A stretch of DNA of 64,000 nt from Eledone cirrhosa. Taxonomy: Eukaryota. The stretch spans positions 41,912,001-41,976,000 of the forward strand of contig OZ024747.1 in the NCBI GenBank assembly GCA_964016885.1, in the 5' to 3' direction. Position numbers and translations under genes: made by a program. Positions 26,753 to 39,359 of this stretch are shown one piece after another (the first letter of the stretch is position 1; each line of letters begins with the position of its first letter). The notes beneath the pieces were generated by a model. It had not been told where the DNA came from. It did no database searches and worked only from the letters and a program-made list of their open reading frames with translations.

Positions 26753-26890
26753 ATGTCACGACCAGGCAAGTCGGAGGAGAAATTCAAAGACAAATTCAAG
26801 AATCTGTTCAAATTTCGGAACAGCTCACCCCCTGCCGCTCAGAAATCTGAAGTGAAAAAAGAATTTGTCTTTACTTCTGACATTCTGCAG
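26753..26890 (+). CDS. TSC2: TSC2 (tuberin) first coding exon
   Basis: Encodes MSRPGKSEEKFKDKFKNLF...KKEFVFTSDILQ, cf. human MAKPTSKDSGLKEKFKILL...TEFIITAEILR. CAG|GTAAGA donor. 138 coding nt. Confidence 0.85.
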
Positions 26891-27022
26891 GTAAGATCTT
26901 CATACCCTCATCATACCGACATCACCACTACTACATGTACATTCATACATACTTACATGTATGTATGTATATATATATATCAATGTGTGTGTGTGAGTAT
27001 TATATAGATATGTATAATGTGT

Positions 27023-27063
<41 letters not shown>

Positions 27064-27191
27064 CTTGATTTCCTCGCGTATTTTTGTCTTATATAAATCG
27101 AGATTTTTGTTTTAAACACTGATTTATTTAAAGTTTGTTTTATATCAATGACTCCTTTCTTCATTTGCTAAGCAATAAGTATATATGTGTG

Positions 27192-27251
<60 letters not shown>

Positions 27252-27575
27252 GTAATTTGCATCATCCGTCTAACCGAGTAAGCTCTCATCTTCCCCGACA
27301 CGTACTTGTTCTCTCTGTCATTCTCAATGTCTAGTACTCGATTTATTGAATCCTTGAGTTGCTCTAGTTTATTAGGTGTTCCCGTACTTCTCGTTAGCAT
27401 CAGCATTTCTTCTCTACCTCATCAACATCTAGAGATGTGTACTTCTCTCTTTGTTTGCTTCGGCAGCTTTGTATACTATATATCTAATTGGTAAGGAACT
27501 CTCGGCAGACTCTCCTTCATCATTCCACTCTCTCTTTCTCCCTCCCTCTTACATACATAGATACTGTCACGTACG

Positions 27576-27669
<94 letters not shown>

Positions 27670-29449
27670 CATACATACACACACAAACACATATGTGTAC
27701 ATGTATAACAGCATAAACTGTTTTGAATTGTTTAGATGCCCAACAGCTGCACAAAGAATACCATTCCTACTTAATTCTTTCCTGATTGTCTTTGACCGTT
27801 TACAAAGTTAATAATATTTATTTGCCGCTCATTCATTCTGACAGGTGGCTGCATTGGTCACAAAGTGACGTATCAATTATTTTCCTGTGTAGCTATGTGA
27901 GGCAGAATGTTTGGCCCCATCAACAGCCTGTCTTTGTAGACGATCTTCAATGCTTACCTTTAATTTTTCTCATATGTAGTTCCTCTAATTTTATTTATTT
28001 ATCTCTCAACAACTCTAGCTTTCTATTTTAACCATTTTCTACACATTTGTACACACCCACTCATGATAGAAACGAGACAAGATACTTTAGTTGTATTTAT
28101 CAATTTTTTTCCCCGTGATTTTATTTTAATTGTAAGCCGTTCTTGCTATGATGGTTATCGCTTGACATTTGTTCTTGTCTAGAAATTCTTGGATATACTT
28201 CCACTCTTTTAGAGAATTGCATAATAACGAAACAAAAACGAAATTCTTAAGCTTCTTTACCACTTATATATTTCTGTTAACACAAAAAAAATAATGTTTT
28301 TATTTTTAAATTATTTCTCATATTACTTCAATTATCAGCAAATCCTGGAATAAACTTTCTAAGCCGGTCAGATCAGTATGAGTAGTGCTAAACTCCAGCA
28401 TTATAACATTTCATTAAGTACTTGTCTTCAAACGAGATAAACCTAACCTCTAGCCATATCAGCTGATCAAACTCAGTGAAATTGTCGGTAAATCTATATA
28501 TCAACATTGTTTTCACTTCATCTATGGATTAATTACTACTGCTTTATTAGAGAAATCTGAAAATTATATATCACTGGAGAAAGTTATCGTTATTATTACT
28601 TTTCGATTTCTACAGTGTTTTAATTACCATTTTATTATATAAAACTCTTATCAAGTGATGATATGGATGATGGCAATCTGATCTGTTTTGATTTCATTTA
28701 TTGTCTCCTGGTTGTATATTTAGAGGTGTTTTCAACTCTCGTCAAGAACTGAGTTTATTTTCATCTTAAAATTACAGATTATATATAAATAAATAAATAA
28801 ATAAAAAACAAGAAGAAAGTTTGAAAACCATAATTGCTGTTAATGGAAATACGTTGAGTTTTATAGTAATATCTATTAGTAACTTGCAGCATTTTGTAGT
28901 CCATATTCTCATCAACTGTATTATATTTTTACTTTTTAAGGGTACATCTATAACATTCAGGTTAGGTTCCCTAGTGAAGTGTAGTTTATTAATGTCAGGG
29001 ACTTATACTGTCTCAAAGGACATAACAACCTCCCTCATGCTTGTGTCATGATAAAATACACCCAGTGTACTCTGTAAAATGGTTAGTATTATGAAGGGCA
29101 TCCAGTTGCTGAAACCATGCCCAAACTGGAAGTTATGTAAGAAAAATGCCCTTGTCCTGTCTAGGAGGACAGTAGCTTCAACTAAGTACTGATTTTGTCT
29201 GTAGCAACCTGTCCAAACCATACCTGCATGGAAAAACGAATGTAAAGTTATGGTGATGATGTGAAAATAAGATGGATCTGTTCTGCAAAAATACCAATCA
29301 GAAAAACTATTGCCAGAATTAAAAACAAAACATTGTGCTTAGTTTGATATTGTCAGGTGTGGTCACCTGTAATACATGAATATAGATATGTTACCAAATA
29401 TATTGGTTATTTCTGAGGTGTGAGATGGCCCAAGGAAATATTGGACAGA

Positions 29450-30260
29450 CATCACAATAGTGATCTGAATGAAATATTTAAATCATGATGTTGGGTCACT
29501 AGATGATAGGGAGATGTGTCCAAAGTACCTTAGACAGACAGCAATAGTGATGTAAGGTGTTTCAGTCATGATGTTGGGTCACTAGATGATAGAGAAGGGA
29601 GGTGTCTGAAGGTACCTTAGACAGACAGACAGCAATAGTGATCTGAATGATGTTGGGTCACTAGATGATAGAGAAGGGCGGTGTCTGAAGGTACCTTAGA
29701 CAGACAGACAGACAGCAATAGTGATCTGAATGATGTTGGGTCACTAGATGATAGAGAAGGGAGGTGTCTGAAGGTACCTTAGACAGACAGCAATAGTCAT
29801 CTGAATGATGTTGGGTCACTAGATGATAGAGAAGGGAGGTGTCTGAAGGTACCTTAGACAGACAGCAATAGTCATCTGAATGATGTTGGGTCACTAGATG
29901 ATAGAGAAGGGAGGTGTCTGAAGGTACCTTAGACAGACAGACAGCAATAGTCATCTGAACGATGTTGGGTCACTAGATGATAGAGAAGGGAGGTGTCTGA
30001 AGGTACCTTAGACAGACAGACAGACAGCAATAGTGATCTGAATGATGTTGGGTCACTAGATGATAGAGAAGGGAGGAGTCTGAAGGTACCTTAGACAGAC
30101 AGACAGCAATAGTGATCTGAATGATGTTGGGTCACTAGATGATAGAGAAGGGAGGTGTCTGAAGGTACCTTAGACAGACAGACAGACAGCAATAGTGATC
30201 TGAATGATGTTGGGTCACTAGATGATAGAGAAGGGAGGTGTCTGAAGGTACCTTAGACAG
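29450..30260. repeat. ~62-70-bp minisatellite with variable (AGAC)n
   Basis: About 12 units of ATCTGAATGATGTTGGGTCACTAGATGATAGAGAAGGGAGGTGTCTGAAGGTACCTT(AGAC)nAGCAATAGT. Confidence 0.95.
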
Positions 30261-33200
30261 CAATGTTGACATCAATATTGATGTTTATCTGGTGGAAGAT
30301 ATAGAAAAATAGAGAAGGAAGATAAGACCATGTTGATTTGATCTCATTTATGCCTGGCCTTTATATATATAAAGCACTATCAATGAAACACTGTATTAGT
30401 AATAGTATGGAAGGATAGTTATTGGAAATGACATTCCTTCATCATTACCCTTTCACGTCTATTTTCCATTCTTGTATGGGTTAGACGAGCTGTTAGGTTC
30501 TGAAGCTAGATTGGTCAGGTGACTACGTCTAACTCATATATTCCATTTTTGACATGGTTTTTATGGCTAGATGCCTTTCCTAAAGTCAAACACTTTACAG
30601 TGTGTACTGGGAGCATTTAATTGTGGCACTGGCATTACCACCCTGCAGGGTGGACTGCATGCTTTTTATTGTGGTACTAGTACTACCACTTTATAGTGTG
30701 GGCTGAGAGCGTTTTATTGTGGCACCACTGCTGCTACTTTACAAAGTGGGTTGGGTGCATTTTATCATGACATCAGCATTTCAGTAAATTAATTTCCCAT
30801 TATTTAACTCTATCATTTAGATTAACTAATTATCAACTTCTTTATTAGTCACAAGATAAATTTTCAGGGGTTAACTCTTTCATGGTTGCATTTCTAATGG
30901 AATACACCTTAATTAATGAAGAATTTTGAGTGATTTACTAAAATTATTAATTATTTCATTACTAAGATAGTAACTTAATATAAGGTTCTTATATAAAATT
31001 ATGTAGGAAGATGTTAATTTAAATTGGAAGCCTTTAAAATGGGTGGTTTTATTTCATAGAACCAGAGCCAGTTTTGGTCGGGTTAGTAATTAAAGGGTTA
31101 TGGGTATGGTTAATTAAATCACCCCTTTACTGGTATTTATACTATTGACACTGGACTGGTTTAAAATCAAAATGTTGGGTGATATGATTAAACACTGTAA
31201 AGTATTATTCTGGCATCTCATTTCACATTTCTGCAATCGTATTGTCCTTAGTTTTTAGATCAAGTCATTGTTATTGATAACATCTGCTTATAGAGACCTC
31301 AATAAGGGAATTTATACCTAAGCTGTTTAATATAGTAATTCAACACTTAAATCTTTTATGTCATAATCTAATAGCTATCACAGTATGCTGAACAGATGGT
31401 ATGGATAGATGCTAATAATAGTATTGATGAAACTTCAGATTTATGAACTAAACAAGGGTTAAGGGGTGAATATCAGTGTTGACTGAACAGATATTAATTG
31501 TATAATAGGGAGTTTAAGAAACTGAACATCAGATTTAGGAACTTAACAAAAGTCTACTGGTTGAATGTCAGTGTTGACTGAACCAACAATTAACTGAAGT
31601 TTATAATTTTCAGTTTGAATCATGCTTAGGTCTTTCAGTCGACTGAAAATCAGCCAAATAAATGTCTACCCTTCCATGCTAGTGTGGAAGATGGATGTTA
31701 AATGATGACAACAGGACAACTCGTCTATCCCATACTAGCATGGAAAAATGGACATAGTGATGATGATTAGAGGATTTTAAAGAAATCAACATTTGTCTGT
31801 TCCTTGCTGTTTTGTAGGATCACCTGTGTCATAGTTTTTTTTCAGGGTTAACTAATAATAATTTCTTGTACTCATATAAATCTACAGTTGACTGTATTAA
31901 CCCCCAATATATGCCTGATACTTATTTTATCAGTTAGTAGTGGATCAGCTAATTGTTTCCAGAAAATTTTGGGTGATCAGTCATACTTAAGGATATTATC
32001 TGATGTCAGTTTGTTCTTGCTTATCTAGAGGAGCAAGAGAAGCATTTATACCTATGACCCTTTTTTAATGTGGAGGAGGGGGCGTGTATTTAAATTGTAG
32101 ATTTGATCTGAATCCTTACAGCAAAGTAGGTTCCATTAAAAGCACCTTTGGGCCAGGGAGTTATGTTAAACTGGTCGATAAATTATGTTAACCATTCTCC
32201 TAAAACAAACAGTTCCTCTGATGGGCTTCCATACAGTTTTTGCCTGTCACATTTAAACTAAAAAAAAACTTTGGTTGACCTGGGGTTGTAGTAGAAGACA
32301 CTTTTCAAAGGTCCCATGCATTGAAATTGAACCTGATGCCATGTAGTTTTGAAGCAAACTTCTTAACCACAGAGTCATGCTTATATCTATACACCTGAGC
32401 CCCTGGTTAGGCAAGAATAGTTTTTTTTTAAAGCATTGAAAAGAAGGGCTAATAGGTAATGAATAAAACATATTTTAGATGAAAATATTGAATGAAAACT
32501 AGAAAGTTTTATTCTTTTTACCATATTTAGACAGTTTGTTTTCTGTTTGTATTAATGGGCTAATAATTGGTCTACCCCTTTCATTTTTGTAGCAAATCTC
32601 ATTTAATGACTTTTTATTTAATCATTCCCATAATGTTCACTTTAATATCCGTATCACTTTTTATTGTCTCTCTCTTTTACAGCAATTTCATTGATATTAG
32701 TTTTGTGTGCCAAAGTACCAGTTGAGCACTAGGGTCAATATAATCAATATTCCCCTTCCCCCAGATTACTGGCCTTGTGTCTAAGTTACATTATACATCA
32801 TCAGGGTTGGGGATTGGCAGTGTCAGAAAAATGCTAGCAATATTTGTTCTGGCTCTTTACATTTTGAGTTCAAATCTTGCCGAGATCAATTTTACTATTT
32901 GTTCCTGGCTTTTCAGTACTGATTTCGTCCATGTAGACCTGTATAAACCTTGCTGGCAGGGAAAATGGATGTTAAAACAATTATGATCCTCCCTGAGTCA
33001 ATAAAATAAAGAACCATCTAGTACTGCAGTTTTTTTTTTTAATCCACTTTGCTCTTCCCCAGAATTTGCTGGCCTTATACCTAAATTAGAAACCAATATT
33101 ATTATAAATGGGAAGGTAGAGGAGAAGGTGATGGTTAGCAATAAAGAAGTGGGAGATTTAACAGAGAGATATATATAATGCCCTGCCATTCCTCACATTG

Positions 33201-33488
33201 TAGAGAGTATGAGAGGAGAGAGAGATAGTAATAAATGAGATTAACTAAAAAAGGTGTAATAGCATTATAGGAAGACATATGAACATAATGGTCAGGATAG
33301 ACCCGGCCCTTATATAAATATTATATCTCCATCGTCTTCACTGTTATTTATCAGTCCATTTTTTAAAAATTTATGTTTATATGGCAGCAAATTAGCATTC
33401 ATTAGAACCTCATCATTTCGAGTTCAATAAATAAAATACCAGCCTAGTTCTGGGGTTAATTATTTCTCTCTCTCTCTCTCTCTCATCT

Positions 33489-33529
<41 letters not shown>

Positions 33530-33763
33530 TTCTCACTTCCTCTCTCTTTGTCCTTCCCTGAAAAAAATTGGCTGTGTTCAAACCTTGCGCAGAGATAGGC
33601 TCTACCAGGTTTAAAATGCTCAAGATATGCCGTATTTCATGATGGGTTCATTGCAGCTCATCATTTTGCCAAAGATTGTGTGTGATTGTATGTATTATAA
33701 CTTTCAGTTCTTGTTTGTTAATAACACATCTATTTTAACATGTTTATTTTGTTAACATTTCAG

Positions 33764-33850
33764 GATATTGGACCAAAAACTGAGAAGAGTAAACGTGTTA
33801 ATCTGATCAAAAATCTTAGTGATGTAGTTGTAAGGAAATCACTAGAAGAG
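33764..33850 (+). CDS. TSC2: TSC2 second coding exon
   Basis: Encodes DIGPKTEKSKRVNLIKNLSDVVVRKSLEE, cf. human [29 protein letters not shown]. tttcAG acceptor and GTTTGT donor. 87 nt, phase 0. Confidence 0.82.
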
Positions 33851-33899
33851 GTTTGTGTTTCTTCATTTATCTTAATATTTAATGTAAAACTCTCTTCAA

Positions 33900-34390
33900 T
33901 TGATAGTGTTGGTGCCATGATAAAATGCACCCAGTCCACTCTGTAAAGTGTTAGTGTTGGTACCATGATAAAATGTACCCAATAGAACCTGTAAAGTGAT
34001 AGTGTCGGTACCATGATAAAATGCACCCTGTCCAATCTGTAAAATGCTAGTTTCGGTACCATGATAAAATGTACTCAATGCAACCTGTAAAACGATAGTG
34101 TCGGTGCCATGATAAAATGCCCCCAATATAACCTGTAAAGTGATAAAATGCACTCTGTTCACTTTGCAAAGTGGTAGTACTGGTGCTGTGAAAATGTGCT
34201 TTGTACAACCTATGAAGTAGTAGTGTTAGTACCATGAGAAAGGCACCCAGCACACTCTGTAAGGTTGTTGGCATTAGGAAGGTGATCCAGTTGTGATCTT
34301 GCCAATATGGAATGTAACAAGCGAGATTAGCTGTTCCAAGCTGCCTGGTCTTGGACCATGACAACCCACCAAATCCATGCCTGTGTGGAA
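33900..34390 (+). repeat. ~48-bp tandem repeat running into an RTE/SINE tail
   Basis: Units GGTACCATGATAAAATGCACCCAGT..ACCTGTAAAGTG are followed by the GGCATTAGGAAGG tail. Confidence 0.75.
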
Positions 34391-34599
34391 AGAGGACATA
34401 AAATGAAGATGTTGACCCCTATTCACAATCCCTTCTGGTTCATAAATAAATGATTATTTCATAATACTTGACTATGGAGTAAAGCAGGGCTTGGACAAGA
34501 GTTAATAAATGCTATTACCAAGAGCGTAGATGAAGTAAATTCAAATAAATTCCTAGTTTTTTCACCACTCTCGATAATAATAATAATAATGTGGATGAT

Positions 34600-34825
34600 G
34601 AAAACATACAATCCCTAAAATAATAGCTGCTCTAGGAATGATAAAACATACACAGTTACATAACCAAAACCTCAGGACTTACAAATGTCTGTAACATACC
34701 GAAAACAGCATTATTAGACACTGCACACATATTACGAAGGTCACTTTCAGTACAGTAGAAACAACACTGCACATACCTAAGGCACACAGAGCTGTGCTCT
34801 GTAGTGTAGTGACAACACATAATAA
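34600..34825 (+). mobile_element. 3' end remnant of an R4/Dong-like non-LTR element
   Basis: NIPKTALLDTAHILRRSLS resembles the IQK..LLGTA.ILRR.L C-terminus. Confidence 0.55.
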
Positions 34826-34840
34826 AAATAAGACTAATAA

Positions 34841-35022
34841 TTGTTTCTACTTTAGGCACAAGGCCAGCAATTATCCAGTGCATTACTGGTACTTTATTTT
34901 ATCGACCCCGTAAGGATGAAAGGCAAAGTCAACCTCGGCGGGATTTGAACTCAGATCGTAAAGGGACGTAACTATGCTGGAAAGCATGGCGTCCGACCCT
35001 CTACTGATACTGCCAATCCACC
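34841..35022 (-). mobile_element. tRNA-derived SINE (young copy)
   Basis: Nearly identical to the copies at 58520-58705 and 52974-53160. Confidence 0.85.
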
Positions 35023-35429
35023 AATACTAATAATAATGATATTTCTGACATAGGCACATGGCCTCAAATTTTAGGTGAATGAGTATTGTTGATTACATCA
35101 ACTGTGCACAACTGATACGTTATTTTATTGACCCCAGAAGAACAATAGCCAAAGTTGACCTCTGCTGAATTTGAATTCAGAATGTAAAGAGCTGGAACAA
35201 ATACCACAAGGCATTTTTCATGCTCTTTAATGTTCTGCCAATCTAATAATAATGTTTTCTAACATTGGCTCAAGGCCAGCAACTGTGGGCGAAGGGAAGG
35301 TTTATTTTGTTGACCCCCAACAACCGTGGAAAGATGAAAGACAAAGTTGACTTTTGGTGGGATGTAAACTCACAACAGTTCATAACTAAACAACGGTTTC
35401 TGATTTAGGCACAATGTAAGATCTGATCA

Positions 35430-35905
35430 TCTAACAATACTGACAACCCACCACCACCGTCACTAACAATTCTGACAACCCACCACCACCGTCACTAACA
35501 ATTCTGACAACCCACCACCACCGTCACCAACAATTCTGACAACCCACCACCACCGTCACCAACAATTCTGACATCCCACCACCACCGTCACTAACAATTC
35601 TGACATCCCACCACCACCATCACTAACAATTCTGACAACCCACCACCACCACCACCACCGTCACTAACAATTCTGACATCCCACCACCACCATCACTAAC
35701 AATTCTGACAACCCACCACCACCACCACCGTCACTAACAATTCTGACAACCAACTACTACCATCACTAACAATTCTGACAACCCACCACCACCACCACCA
35801 CCGTCACTAACAATTCTGAAAACCCACCACCACCGTCACTAACAATTCTGACAACACACCACCACCGTCACTAACAATTCTGACAACCCACCACTACCAT
35901 CACTC
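35430..35905. repeat. ~32-bp minisatellite CACTAACAATTCTGACAACC(CAC)nCGT
   Basis: About 14 tandem units at the 5' end of a minus-strand SINE. Confidence 0.93.
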
Positions 35906-36429
35906 CATTAATTCAGACATCCTGCTGTCCAATAGTAATATTTAATAGTTGTAAACCTGAATGAGTGGATGATCAAGTGAATAGGATAATGGTGAGCTAA
36001 CCAAGGTGATGATGTTTCATATTTGGTCACTACACTGTCATATTCAGATGGACTTGTATCAAGTACATACTTGTATCCTGGTTTAACACTGCCATTAGGC
36101 CTTTGTTTGTCTTTAGTGGTGTTCAATCTGCTGTAAGCATTGGACCAGGTTTCCCACAAATCTCAAGAGGTCCTGAAAAAGCTCATAGACATTGTCTTTC
36201 CACTTATAAGTTGCTAAAATGACTCAATCAATGTTGTTGGAAATAAGTTGAACTTACCTAATGGGTTTGATTCCTGGACTGGGTTGTATGTTGTGTTCTT
36301 GAGCAAAACACTTCATTTTGCTTTGCTCCAGTATACTCAGCTGAAAATGAGTACCAGCAATAGCTGAGGGTTTAACCCTATGATGGACTGGCATCATGTC
36401 CAGGGTGAGGGGACTTGTACTCTGTCACT

Positions 36430-37370
36430 TCATGCCATGGAAACCAGGATAACCTCCAATGGACTGGTGTCCTGACCAGTGGGAGAGACCTGTACTCTCA
36501 CATGCCATGGAAACCAGGATAACCTCCAATGGACTGGTGTCCTGACCAGTGGGAGAGACCTGTACTCTCACATGCCATGGAAACCAGGATAACCTCCAAT
36601 GGACTGGTGTCCTGACCAGTGGGAGAGACCTGTACTCTCACATGCCATGGAAACCAGGATAACCTCCAATGGACTGGTGTCCTGACCAGTGGGAGAGACC
36701 TGTACTCTCACATGCCATGGAAACCAGGATAACCTCCAATGGACTGGTGTCCTGACCAGTGGGAGAGACCTGTACTCTCACATGCCATGGAAACCAGGAT
36801 AACCTCCAATGGACTGGTGTCCTGACCAGTGGGAGAGACCTGTACTCTCACATGCCATGGAAACCAGGATAACCTCCAATGGACTGGTGTCCTGACCAGT
36901 GGGAGAGACCTGTACTCTCACATGCCATGGAAACCAGGATAACCTCCAATGGACTGGTGTCCTGACCAGTGGGAGAGACCTGTACTCTCACATGCCATGG
37001 AAACCAGGATAACCTCCAATGGACTGGTGTCCTGACCAGTGGGAGAGACCTGTACTCTCACATGCCATGGAAACCAGGATAACCTCCAATGGACTGGTGT
37101 CCTGACCAGTTGGAGAGACTTGTACTCTGTCACTTCATGCCATGGAAACCAGGATAACCTCCAATGGACTGGTGTCCTGACCAGTGGGAGAGATCTGTAC
37201 TCTCACATGCCATGGAAACCAGGATAACCTCCAATGGACTGGTGTCCTGACCAGTTGGAGAGACTTGTACTCTGTCACTTCATGCCATGGAAACCAGGTT
37301 AACCTCCAATGGACTGGTGTCCTGACCAGTGAGAGAGACTTGTACTCTCACATGCCATGGAAACCAGGAC
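36430..37370. repeat. 60-bp satellite inside a SINE 3' region
   Basis: About 15 units of CATGCCATGGAAACCAGGATAACCTCCAATGGACTGGTGTCCTGACCAGTGGGAGAGACCTGTACTCTCA. The first ten or so are essentially identical. The SINE body lies upstream at 36260-36450. Confidence 0.97.
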
Positions 37371-37762
37371 AAGCACTGAGCTTGAGACAGACTTTAAACT
37401 TTTGTTTTACTCTATGGTGTAGGTACAACTTCCTGCTGTTAGCAATGACAATAATCTGACTTGGATAACCAGTTATTTAATTAGCTTGCACTGCGAAGTT
37501 AAGTCATAACATTCTGTAATTTTGTTTCTGAATTTGTTTAGCAAGATTCTTTATCTGAAATCGTGTGTTGAAACCGATATTGTTATACTTTGGGAGGGTC
37601 ATGTTGCCAATAAGAAACACACACACCAGTTGCTTTCACTTCAATTTATTATATATTTATAAATTTATAAATTTACAAATCTACAAACTTATAAATTTCT
37701 GGTTGGTTGGTTGGTTCCACAACCAGATAGTTGTTTATATATAGTCATATCCTTTCGTCACA

Positions 37763-38761
37763 TACCCAAGTAGACACCCCAACCATCGATTACCTGTACT
37801 AGACACAGAGCTCTGGTTAGATACCATTAACAATCAAAAACAAATCCTCCATTCCCATTATGCCAAACCCATGACTTCCAAACATCTGATCCACCGAAAC
37901 TCGGCCATTTCGGACCATACCAAAATCAACATACTGATTGCGGATTTGGTACAGGTGATGAGAAATGTGTCCCGCATGTGCAACCCCGAAGAACTAGAGA
38001 GACACATACAACACTTCATCCACCGTATGCAGTTCTCTGGCTACAATCAGAGAGATAGAATCAGAGTGTATAGAGGAGCCAGAACCAAATGGGAAAAAAT
38101 GGTAAATAATGACATAAATGGGACCTGCCCCTTGTATAGGAGCAAATTTTGGAATAGAATAGAAAGAACTAGGAACAAGGCCAATAGAATAAACTCATGG
38201 TATTATAGCAATAAATACCAGAGTGTAATGTTCATCAATACAACCCCTAGAGGCGAACTAGCCTACAAATTTAGAAGGGCCCTAAATAAACATAAACTCA
38301 ATATTAAGATAGTAGAAAGACCAAGTACCTCCGTAAAAACACTTATTAGCAAGACATACCCGTTCCAAAGACCCTCATGTATAGATAAGAAATGTATAAC
38401 CTGTAAAATAAGCCCCCATATTAACTGTAAAACTAGAAATGTAGTGTATAGCATAAGATGTACTGAAGGACAATGTAGAAACAAAAATATAGTGTACATA
38501 GGTGAGACAGCTCGTAGTATAGGGGAACGGATAAATGAACACTGGTGAGACCTTCAAGATAATAAAGAATCATCTGTACTCTACCAACATGCTAAGATAG
38601 AACACAAGGGTAAATTAGAGAACATAGAAATAAAAATAGAATCCACACACAGAAAAGATGCAATGTTTAGGCAAATTACAGAGGCAGTAAGCATAAAAGA
38701 ATTACAACCAAAATTAAATAGAAAATATGAGTGGAACAGCAACATCACAACTTACAATTAA
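37763..38761 (+). pseudogene. Penelope RT-thumb/GIY-YIG ORF remnant with a single in-frame stop
   Basis: The frame is continuous except for TGA at 38546-38548. It resumes as DLQDNKESSVLYQHAKIEH...RQITEAVSIKELQPKLN to TAA at 38759-38761. Confidence 0.85.
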
Positions 38762-38965
38762 GGACAAAATGAAAACACACACACACATAGAACAAACAAC
38801 CAACCAACAACATGTAAATAAATAAACAAATAGATAAATGAACACAAACACACACAGACACCCGGATGTGGCGCATGCGCAAACTGAGCACACAACACAC
38901 ATACAGAAACAAAATGGCGTAGGACAGAAGAAAGGAAAGGCACAGAAACAAAGAAAGGAATCCCC

Positions 38966-39010
38966 AGTCACTGAAGAGGTCACAGAGTGTGTGACGAAAG
39001 GACTATGACT
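38966..39010 (+). ncRNA. Minimal type I hammerhead ribozyme motif in the Penelope pLTR
   Basis: AGTCA-CTGAAGA-g-GTCACA gagtg TGTGAC-GAAA-GGAC-TA-TGACT. Stem I is AGTCA/TGACT, with core boxes CUGANGA and GAAA and a UH site. Confidence 0.7.
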
Positions 39011-39359
39011 ATATATAAACAACTATCTGGTTGTGGAACCAACCAACCAACCAGAAATTTATAAGTTTGTAGATTTGTAAATTTATAAATTTATAAATAT
39101 ATAATAAATTGAAGTGAAAGCAACTGGTGCATGTGTTTCTTATTGGCAACATGACCCTCCCAAAGTATAACAATTCTGTAATTGTTTAGCAGAAAATATC
39201 TAAAAACATGTTTGTTAACTCAAATGTCTGTAATATTTTTACTACTTGACAGATTGTTGTGAAAATTTGTAGCATCAATTTTTAATGTGATGCAATCAGA
39301 GTCCAGCTTTGTACTTTTCGAGAATGTATTGCTAATGTAGTTTCATATGGTACAAGATA

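Larger units (their letters stand above)
37545..39174 (+). mobile_element. Penelope-like element, 5'-truncated, with inverted pseudo-LTRs
   Basis: Frame 37763-38761 encodes the RT C-terminus (LPVLDTELW, HYAKPM), a Cys-rich linker and a GIY-YIG endonuclease (NVVYSIRC...IVYIGETARSIGERINEH). The ~184-bp inverted repeats are 37579-37762 and 38990-39174. Confidence 0.92.

Noticed and set aside
27245-27520. Unique-looking sequence between (TA)n tracts with small ORFs
   Set aside because: No splice signals or recognisable motif. Probably a dispersed microsatellite-associated repeat, and no hammerhead core was found.
29450-37370. Regularly spaced repeats resembling CRISPR arrays (29450-30260 and 36430-37370)
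   Set aside because: The units are head-to-tail with no unique spacers, the context is eukaryotic and there are no cas genes.
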